A stretch of DNA of 29,972 nt from a virus: IMG/VR virus record IMGVR_UViG_3300031964_000784; one strand, given 5' to 3'. The position numbers were made by a program, and so were the translations under genes. The notes under the pieces were generated by a model. It was not told the origin of the DNA. It saw only the letters and a program-made list of their open reading frames with translations, and made no database searches. Position 1 is the first letter of the stretch; each line of letters starts with the position of its first letter. Positions 23,435 through 29,972 of the stretch are shown here, piece after piece.

Positions 23435-24864
23435 AACTCGAAATGAATAGCGACGAAGTGTTTGGACTGATCAAGACGATCGGAGACACGCCAGGCAAGA
23501 ACGATAAGGAAGCGATGCTGAAGGCTTGCGCGAGCAGTGAATTGCTTAAGCGCGTCCTCAAGGCGGCCTGCGACCCGACGATAAGCTACGGCATCAAGAA
23601 GGTTCCGCCGCGCGACGCGCCGGCAGTCGCAACACGAAACTTCAATGAAGACACTTGGGCCGTTCTCGAAGCGATGCGCACGAGAGCGCTAACGGGCAAC
23701 GCCATGCAAAGCGCGGTATCGAACGAACTCAACAGCTTGACGGCAGAGTCGGCCGAGCTTTTCAAGCGCGTCATGCTGAAAGACCTGCGGGCCGGCTTTG
23801 CTGAAAACACGACCAATAAGGCGTTTCCCGGTCTGGTGCCTGACTTCCCCTACATGCGCTGTTGTCTGCCGAAGGACACCGACATGAGCGATTTCGATTG
23901 GTTCAAAGGCGAGATTTCGCAGGAAAAGGCCGACGGCATGTTCTTCAATGTCGATCACGAAGCCAGCGGCGAAGTGTTCTTGTCATCGCGCGCGGGTAGC
24001 CAGTTCCCGACCGATGAATTCGGCGACTTGATCGCGGATGTGAAGCGAACACTCAAACCAGGAACGCAAAGTCACGGCGAGGTCATCGTTGAGCGCGACG
24101 GCTCAACGCTTGCCCGTGAAATTGGCAATGGCATTCTCAACAGCGTCTTGAAGGGCGGCGTGTTCGGGCTAGGCGAGAAACCGGTGTTCCTCGTATGGGA
24201 TCAGATACCACTAACCGCTGTCGTGCCGAAAGGTAAATACGTCGAGCCATACAGAAAGCGCCTGGCCGACATTCTGACGCAGGTCAATGCTGTCAGAGAA
24301 ACTTCTGGCGGCCATGTTCTTTCCTGCGTTCGCTTGATACCGACACGCATCGTCAAGAGCCTCGAAGCGGCTTACGCGCATTACGGGGAACTGCTTGCGC
24401 AAGGCAAAGAAGGCACGGTGTTAAAGCGCGGCAAAGCGATCTGGCGAGACGGCACAAGCAAAGATCAGATCAAGCTCAAGCTGGAGTTCGTGGTGGATCT
24501 GAAGGTTGTCGCGATCGTTCCAGGCAAGGCAAACGGCAAGAACGCTGGGCGCCCCGGTAGCTTGGCGTGCGAAACGTCTGAAGGTTTGCTGCGCGTGGAT
24601 GTGACCGTCAAGAATGAAAAGTTGCGCGACGAGATTGAAGCAAATCCGGCAGACTGGATCGGCAAGATCATCAAGGTGTGCGCGAACGGCATCATGAAAC
24701 CCTCTGACAGCAACACTCTTTACTCGCTGTTCTTGCCGCGCATGGTCGAGGCTTGTTACCGTCTGGACAAGTTTGAACCCGATAGCCTGGAGCGCGTATT
24801 CGAACAAGAGGCTGCGGCCAAGTCCGGTGCGGCCATTGCAGAAGCTATGAAGAAGGCGGCGTGA
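23431..24864 (+). CDS. ATP-dependent DNA ligase (T4-like architecture)
   Basis: Motif I QEKADG, HGEV, FLVWD, EGTVLK, IKLK, SLFLPR, RLDK. Confidence 0.92.
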   Translation: MKLEMNSDEVFGLIKTIGDTPGKNDKEAMLKACASSELLKRVLKAACDPTISYGIKKVPPRDAPAVATRNFNEDTWAVLEAMRTRALTGNAMQSAVSNELNSLTAESAELFKRVMLKDLRAGFAENTTNKAFPGLVPDFPYMRCCLPKDTDMSDFDWFKGEISQEKADGMFFNVDHEASGEVFLSSRAGSQFPTDEFGDLIADVKRTLKPGTQSHGEVIVERDGSTLAREIGNGILNSVLKGGVFGLGEKPVFLVWDQIPLTAVVPKGKYVEPYRKRLADILTQVNAVRETSGGHVLSCVRLIPTRIVKSLEAAYAHYGELLAQGKEGTVLKRGKAIWRDGTSKDQIKLKLEFVVDLKVVAIVPGKANGKNAGRPGSLACETSEGLLRVDVTVKNEKLRDEIEANPADWIGKIIKVCANGIMKPSDSNTLYSLFLPRMVEACYRLDKFEPDSLERVFEQEAAAKSGAAIAEAMKKAA

Positions 24865-25184
24865 TGGACTCATTTATCTTTGACCTGATAAGGCTTGCAA
24901 TCGTCGCGTTCTTACAAAACATGGCGTTCACATGGGTAAGCCGCAGCCGTAACAGCGGCGACCCGAACTATCACCGCTACGCCGCCATCTGCTCGAACGG
25001 CATTTGGTACGTGACAAACATCTTGATCACGATGCAGGTATGGCAGTCAGTCAAGACCGGCAACTGGTGGAACATGGTCGCGGTCGGTGTGGTGTACGTC
25101 GTCGCCACAACCGAAGGCTCAGTTCTGATGATGAAGATTTTGTTGAAAAAAGAAACTGGAAAACGAAAGGTTGGAGCAGCATGA
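24864..25184 (+). CDS. Small multi-pass membrane protein; alternative GTG start at 24861
   Basis: About three hydrophobic segments; basic C-terminus; coupled to both neighbours. Confidence 0.65.
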   Translation: MDSFIFDLIRLAIVAFLQNMAFTWVSRSRNSGDPNYHRYAAICSNGIWYVTNILITMQVWQSVKTGNWWNMVAVGVVYVVATTEGSVLMMKILLKKETGKRKVGAA

Positions 25185-25405
25185 ATGATGAGGAATTTCA
25201 AGCAGTAAAGGCAACGATGCCCTGGACGGAACGCATGTTCCGTACGCCAAAAGGTGGACTTGTCCAGGTCATCGACAAGAACGGCGCCGAAGTGCCAATG
25301 TTCACCATGACCCGCTTTCTGGTCATGATCACCAACAAGATCGCTGCCGGTGCGACCGAGCAGCCTAAAGCAGAAACGCCAACCCCAGCGGAGACGACGG
25401 CATGA
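25181..25405 (+). CDS. Hypothetical protein (74 aa)
   Basis: SD GGAG; ATGA overlaps at both ends. Confidence 0.65.
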   Translation: MNDEEFQAVKATMPWTERMFRTPKGGLVQVIDKNGAEVPMFTMTRFLVMITNKIAAGATEQPKAETPTPAETTA

Positions 25406-25638
25406 CTTTGAAGCGATTTTTAATCGAGCGTACGGTGACCTCCGCAGCAGGCACACAGATATTTTTCGTCGACGCCAATTCGGAAGAAGAGGCTTTGGCG
25501 AAACACAAGAATGGAGACGGTGGGATGTATTCGAGCGAGGTAGAGGTTCAAAGTCTTGGTGAGCCATGCATATCCGGTACTACAAATCTCGATGACGGCG
25601 GAGACTTCGCCAACAACCCAAATAAGGAGGAAGTATGA
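25402..25638 (+). CDS. Hypothetical protein (78 aa)
   Basis: SD GGAG; ATGA overlaps; VDANSEEEAL motif common in small phage proteins. Confidence 0.62.
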   Translation: MTLKRFLIERTVTSAAGTQIFFVDANSEEEALAKHKNGDGGMYSSEVEVQSLGEPCISGTTNLDDGGDFANNPNKEEV

Positions 25639-26297
25639 AGCGCATCACCACATTGACAGGGCCGTCCTGTTCCGGCAAGTCAACCCTCGAAGCGATGATG
25701 GCGGAACGCGGCTGCCTCAAGGCCATTTCCACGACCACCCGTTCACCCCGCGCCGGCGAAGTGAATGGTAAAGATTACTACTTCGTGAGCCAGGACGAGT
25801 TCGCCGCGATGCGTGACGCAGGCGCATTTGTCGAGTATGTCCAGTTCGGCGAACACTGGTACGGCATGTCGACCGATGAGCTGCTGCGGCTTTTCGCGAT
25901 TGGGGATCACGTCGTCATCGTTTGCGAGCCAATTGGCGCCAAGCAGATTTACCAATACTTCAAACATAACGCCAGCTTCAAGTTGGTTCAGGTCTTCATC
26001 GACAATGCCAAATCGGTCATCAATCAGCGATTCTTGAAACGCTTTGGCGATGACTTGGTAAAGGCGCTGGTCAAGGGCGACTTCAGCCACCAGAAGGTTA
26101 TTGAAGACGGCGCAAAGCGCATGGCGATCATGACGACGACCGAGCAGAAGTGGATCAGCGACGCATACATGCCAGAAGGCGATTTCCGCTACAGCCTGGT
26201 GGTGTCGAGCTTTACCGAAGACAACTGCGACAGTGTTGCCAATGCACTGACGAAGACAAAAATGGGATTTCGCAACACTGTGGGGCTACTCTTATAG
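25635..26297 (+). CDS. Guanylate-kinase-like nucleotide kinase
   Basis: GPSCSGKST; ISTTTRSPRAGEVNGKDYYFVS; WYG; SD AAGGAGG. Confidence 0.88.
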   Translation: MKRITTLTGPSCSGKSTLEAMMAERGCLKAISTTTRSPRAGEVNGKDYYFVSQDEFAAMRDAGAFVEYVQFGEHWYGMSTDELLRLFAIGDHVVIVCEPIGAKQIYQYFKHNASFKLVQVFIDNAKSVINQRFLKRFGDDLVKALVKGDFSHQKVIEDGAKRMAIMTTTEQKWISDAYMPEGDFRYSLVVSSFTEDNCDSVANALTKTKMGFRNTVGLLL

Positions 26298-26336
26298 ATT
26301 GACCAGTGGTATCCTTGAGTGTTGGAGGGAAAGTAC

Positions 26337-26984
26337 ATGCCAGCACTCAAGGACGTTGGTCGCATCGCCGGTCTACTCGGCGTTTCGCCACTCTCAACAT
26401 CGCCGCTCTGGAGTCGAGCGGTCGACAAAATCAACACACACGCCATCTATGCTTTCATCGCCCAAATGTCCGGCGATGGCAAGCGCGACCAAGCGGAAAC
26501 AGCCATCAGTATCGCGATCAACGAGGTCAAGGCAGCGGTCGAACGCGGTGAGTTTCCAGAACCACAAATGGTCGATTACAACCCGCCAGAGCGTGTCTAC
26601 CTAACTGCGGGCGAGCTGCGCAATGGACTGCGCTATGCGAAGCAACCGAAAGCGGCAGCCATATTGTTTGCGCTCGAAACGCACCTGACGCCGGCCGAGG
26701 TCGAAGGTTTGACCTGGACGCAGGTAGCGCGCATGAAGCGACAGCAGCAACTCACCGAGCTGGCCGAGAAGTGCCTTTTGGCCTGCCCGCAGCAAATCCG
26801 GTTCAAGTATGCTTTTTGGCAACAAAACGACATTGGCGGCCTGGAGCCGATATTTGGAATCGATCACGCTGTCTTCGATGCGTTTGGCATGATCTGGGCC
26901 GAACTGGAAAATGGCTACGCGAACCTGATTCGAATAGATGGCCCTGCGGATCGAAAATCGGTCGAGACCTATTTGCGGAACTAA
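26337..26984 (+). CDS. Hypothetical protein with degenerate tyrosine-recombinase-like segment
   Basis: SD GGAGG, ATG 26337; YLTAGEL..AILFALETHLTPAEVEGLTWTQV. Confidence 0.55.
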   Translation: MPALKDVGRIAGLLGVSPLSTSPLWSRAVDKINTHAIYAFIAQMSGDGKRDQAETAISIAINEVKAAVERGEFPEPQMVDYNPPERVYLTAGELRNGLRYAKQPKAAAILFALETHLTPAEVEGLTWTQVARMKRQQQLTELAEKCLLACPQQIRFKYAFWQQNDIGGLEPIFGIDHAVFDAFGMIWAELENGYANLIRIDGPADRKSVETYLRN

Positions 26985-27039
26985 TGCTAGTATTTGCTGT
27001 ATGTTGACGATTGGCAACCTTTTTGATCGGACGAAGAAA

Positions 27040-27426
27040 ATGATCTCACGCGCTACCAAAATGGTCGTAGTCCTTACAGCGGTAGGTTTGCAGATGCCGA
27101 CACAGGCTCAAAAACTTCCCATTGCGTGCGAACAGTATTTCGCCGCTTACGCGACTTGTACGCAGAGTCTTGTTGGCTATTATGAGAGAACGGATATTCC
27201 AGCCGCAAACCAGTTGAAGGATCAGCAGGCTCAGATTGAAAAAATGAAAGCCGACATACGCAAGTTGATTGCATCAAAGGGAGAAGACTTCGTTGCGGAA
27301 CGCTGCACCAGTCCTCAATTTGTGAAAGGCATGATGGATGCGTTATCCCTAGAGATAGCGACCATGAGGTTTGCTAACGCTCTCGATACCAAGTGCGTTG
27401 CCAAATTCAACGAAATCGCGCATTGA
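27040..27426 (+). CDS. Putative exported Cys-containing protein (moron-like)
   Basis: MISRATKMVVVLTAVGLQMPTQA signal-like N-terminus; four Cys; start uncertain. Confidence 0.55.
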   Translation: MISRATKMVVVLTAVGLQMPTQAQKLPIACEQYFAAYATCTQSLVGYYERTDIPAANQLKDQQAQIEKMKADIRKLIASKGEDFVAERCTSPQFVKGMMDALSLEIATMRFANALDTKCVAKFNEIAH

Positions 27427-27521
27427 TCCTGCCGAATATACGAATCGACTTATGTGCGTTATACTGGATGCAGGGCGGATGAGAAAATAGGCTGGGCGTT
27501 TATCAAGGCGGATATGTATCG

Positions 27522-27613
27522 TAAGTAATTGATTTTAAATGATTACCAGCGGCCTGCAAAGCCGTGTAGACCGGTTCGACTCCGGTCCCCGCCTCCATAA
27601 TATCAAGGACTTA
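27522..27613. repeat. Imperfect 16-bp inverted repeats flanking the att core
   Basis: TAAGTAATTGATTTTA (27522-37) vs reverse complement of 27598-613, TAAGTCCTTGATATTA (13/16). Confidence 0.6.
27547..27597 (+). other. Attachment-site core: 3' part of tRNA-Cys(GCA), not an intact tRNA
   Basis: Anticodon arm GCGGC-CTGCAAA-GCCGT, T arm ACCGG-TTCGACT-CCGGT, acceptor 3' strand CCCCGCC-T-CCA; no D arm or 5' acceptor strand. Confidence 0.88.
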
Positions 27614-27730
27614 GCCCATGCTGGGCTAGTTCAAGGTGGTTTGGCGCTAGTTCGCCAATGTGGTAATACCCCCTTGAAACGGCCAATTTGCCGTAGACAG
27701 TCTGAAAGCTCGTCGACACCATACTTAATT

Positions 27731-28834
27731 ATGTCGACGATAAAATCATTCCCAAACGGGAAATTCCAATTACGTGTTACGAACAAATCACTCGATAAGC
27801 CGTTCTATGCGACTTTCGAATCTCGCGAGCAGGCACTTGCTTACGGTGCGCAGCTAGAAGGTTTGTTGGCACAGGGAATTGTTCCGACCTTCCTTCTTGA
27901 TCGTAAGCACGGTCTGGAGACTTGGACGATATCCCGATGCATGAACGAATACCTGCGTGATAATTCTGTTCCCGTTTCCGATGTCAAATTGCTGCATACT
28001 ATTCGCCCCTCATTGCTTACCTGCACAACCGGTTTTTTGAATTACGATTGGGCGGAGGGATGGATCCGTGAAATGAAACGAGTCCAGAATCTTTCCCCTT
28101 CTACGATTCGACACCGGCACGGTGCCCTCGCGCGTTGCTTCGATTGGATGATCAGAAAACATCCCGACATCATGGCGCAAAACCCATTGCGTCTTCTCAA
28201 GCGTGGTTTTGCTTCCTATACGGAAGAGGATAGTCAACTCCTCATTGCCATTGGTAAGAAACCTAAATTCGACGTGGAACGTGATCGGCGTCTCGATACC
28301 GATGAAGAAAAACGCATCCTAAAAATTCTGGGGAACACGCCGGACGAAAAAGTCTTCTTCATTCTTGCTCTCGAGACGGCCATGCGTATGCGAGAATGCT
28401 ATACGCTTAGCGTCGATCAGGTTAGCCTGATAAAAAAGACCATTCATCTTGAGCGCAGTAAAAATGGCGACAATCGACAGGTGCCGCTTTCAAGCACCGC
28501 CATCGCGTTATTGGATGACTATCTGAGAATTCATGCAAAAGGAATCAAGGGGAGGGAGGGGCGGTTATTCCCGTTTTGGAACGGCAGCCGGAATGAGCGT
28601 GAACTCGACATTACGACAAGCGATTTGTCGCGTACGTTCAGAGGTATCTTTATAGACTCAGAGGTCGTTGATCTGCATTTCCATGATCTTCGGCATGAGG
28701 CTACCTGCAGATTGTATGAAAAGACCAAGCTGTCCGACGTTTTGATATCAAAGATTACCGGTCATCGGGACGTCAGGATGTTGCAACGTTACGCAAGCTT
28801 GCGTGGGAGCGATCTGGCCATTCATCTTTGGTAA
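27731..28834 (+). CDS. int: Tyrosine recombinase / integrase
   Basis: LALETAMRMRE (R), SKNG (K), FHDLRHEA (HxxR), ITGHRD (H), LQRY (Y); next to the tRNA fragment; ATG 27731 preferred over 27539. Confidence 0.92.
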   Translation: MSTIKSFPNGKFQLRVTNKSLDKPFYATFESREQALAYGAQLEGLLAQGIVPTFLLDRKHGLETWTISRCMNEYLRDNSVPVSDVKLLHTIRPSLLTCTTGFLNYDWAEGWIREMKRVQNLSPSTIRHRHGALARCFDWMIRKHPDIMAQNPLRLLKRGFASYTEEDSQLLIAIGKKPKFDVERDRRLDTDEEKRILKILGNTPDEKVFFILALETAMRMRECYTLSVDQVSLIKKTIHLERSKNGDNRQVPLSSTAIALLDDYLRIHAKGIKGREGRLFPFWNGSRNERELDITTSDLSRTFRGIFIDSEVVDLHFHDLRHEATCRLYEKTKLSDVLISKITGHRDVRMLQRYASLRGSDLAIHLW

Positions 28835-28955
28835 GTCCAGGGTGGGCTCTCGGGCTCCCTTCGGTTGGCCACGATGTCTCGGTGTGTAATTACGCCATTG
28901 TGTAGCGACACGCCTGTATTTGATCCGCCTGGAATGTACCGGATGGGCGTGATTC

Positions 28956-29972
28956 TTATCGACCTGCGGCATTGGCCTTCTGTTGTATGACCCGACAGCG
29001 TTCCAGCAATGTGTCGAACGGTTCAGGGTCATCAAGGAACAATCCGTCATCAATCATGTGTTGATAGTCCGCTGACAATTTCACCAGTGCACCATCGCCA
29101 GGGATAAGTTGCAGGGCGCCCGATACCGCCGCTCGATAATCGATGACGTCACCTTGCGTGTTTTTCTCCGCAAAGAAAGCACTTTTGTGTTCGGCTACCG
29201 CGCTAGCGAGTGCTGTGTCAGCGATGGCAGCATCTACGAAGCCGGCAGCATCCAGTTGAGATACGTCATGCCAGTGACGCGCGAAGCGCTCGCCGCCACG
29301 GAATGCGCCTTGTGCGCAAAACACGTGAATTGCCGTCGCCTTTTCCCTGAATGTGCGTTCAGCACGCATGACTTGTGGCGTAGCGGTTGGAAACTCTATT
29401 CCTGGCAGATAAGCAGCTGCATCGCAGCGTATAGCGCGCGGTTCGCTAGGCTCTCCGGTTGAGCGGGCACCAAACTCCAACATGACTGTAGAGGCGACAT
29501 AGCCGGTGCCTTTTGCTAACGGTATGTAATCGATGAATACGTTGTCGTTTTCAGATCGCACGGTTGCCGGTAATCCCGAGTGCTCAAGATCCTGCTTGAG
29601 TCGAGGCGCGATCTCTGCGTCGACCCAGCCAGCGAGGCGTGTTCGAATTTCCTTGCTCCATCTCTTCTCTTGGCTCTTGGTGACCGGCAAAGGCGAATCC
29701 GCCTCGCCCACAATGTCGGCAGCGATCGCACGGATATCGTAAGTCCAATCCACGTCCTCGGAAAAGCGTTGGATGACACCGTAAGCCTTCGATAGCGAGG
29801 TGCCGCCCTTGAATACCAAGTGGTCAGCGTATGGTCCGGTAAAGAGGTGCCGCAATGTCCAGACCACCCAAACGTCTTTCTCCAAAAGATGCGGCAAAAG
29901 GCCCGATGTGCTGGCGGCCGCGTCGAGGGCGTCCAAGCGTTCGGTCGTAGATAGCTTAAAGAACTCAGTCAT
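28956..29972 (-). CDS. AbiEii/AbiGii-family nucleotidyltransferase (type IV TA / abortive infection toxin)
   Basis: LEKDVWV, FKGGTSLSKAY, RFSEDVD, LEFG.RS, EK, RHWHD; any partner antitoxin would lie beyond the window. Confidence 0.9.
   Translation of the reverse strand: MTEFFKLSTTERLDALDAAASTSGLLPHLLEKDVWVVWTLRHLFTGPYADHLVFKGGTSLSKAYGVIQRFSEDVDWTYDIRAIAADIVGEADSPLPVTKSQEKRWSKEIRTRLAGWVDAEIAPRLKQDLEHSGLPATVRSENDNVFIDYIPLAKGTGYVASTVMLEFGARSTGEPSEPRAIRCDAAAYLPGIEFPTATPQVMRAERTFREKATAIHVFCAQGAFRGGERFARHWHDVSQLDAAGFVDAAIADTALASAVAEHKSAFFAEKNTQGDVIDYRAAVSGALQLIPGDGALVKLSADYQHMIDDGLFLDDPEPFDTLLERCRVIQQKANAAGR

Larger units (their letters stand above)
1..27597 (+). mobile_element. Temperate siphovirus-like prophage or phage-plasmid segment (tail, lysis, replication modules) ending at a tRNA-Cys att core; may continue through the integrase
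   Basis: Contiguous co-oriented tail, lysis, helicase, primase and ligase genes; shared repeated palindrome; tRNA 3' fragment followed by an integrase. Confidence 0.9.

Noticed and set aside
27507-27597. Intact tRNA-Cys using GGCGGAT at 27507 as the 5' acceptor strand
   Set aside because: Only 5 of 7 pairs, 42 nt to the anticodon stem instead of about 26, and no D arm; treated as an att fragment
27539-27730. N-terminal extension of the integrase in the ORF track
   Set aside because: Runs through the tRNA fragment and hairpin; protein-like sequence starts at ATG 27731
27471-28938. GGCGGAT at 27474 and 27507 with an inverted copy at 28923 as ends of a small integrase element
   Set aside because: Only a 7-bp exact match with gapped flanks; could be arm sites but not distinguishable from chance

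Overview
The window is part of a large temperate siphovirus-like element, either a prophage or a phage-plasmid. Almost all genes lie on the + strand. The order is: tape-measure C-terminus; lambda-like tail tip (M-, L-, K-like, fused I/J); tail fibre and receptor-binding module; lysis cassette with a GH108 endolysin; terminator; metallophosphoesterase; PhoH; a replication block (orphan gene, Hfq/Sm-like gene, DnaB-like helicase, TOPRIM primase, WGR-like gene, ATP-dependent ligase, guanylate-kinase-like gene); a 3'-half tRNA-Cys att core; a tyrosine integrase; and a convergent AbiEii-type nucleotidyltransferase. Four signals stand out. (1) A phage-encoded Hfq-like protein keeps proximal-face residues, has lost rim and distal-face residues, and overlaps the helicase gene. 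(2) One gene upstream, a two-state RNA-switch-like leader can occlude a GTG start and encloses an AT-rich tandem repeat that may be an origin. (3) An 18-bp palindrome, TAAGTCA-N4-TGACTTA, recurs at 8 gene junctions, several inside sigma70 promoters. (4) The att site has an attP-like layout. All product calls come from motif recognition by eye; no searches were run.
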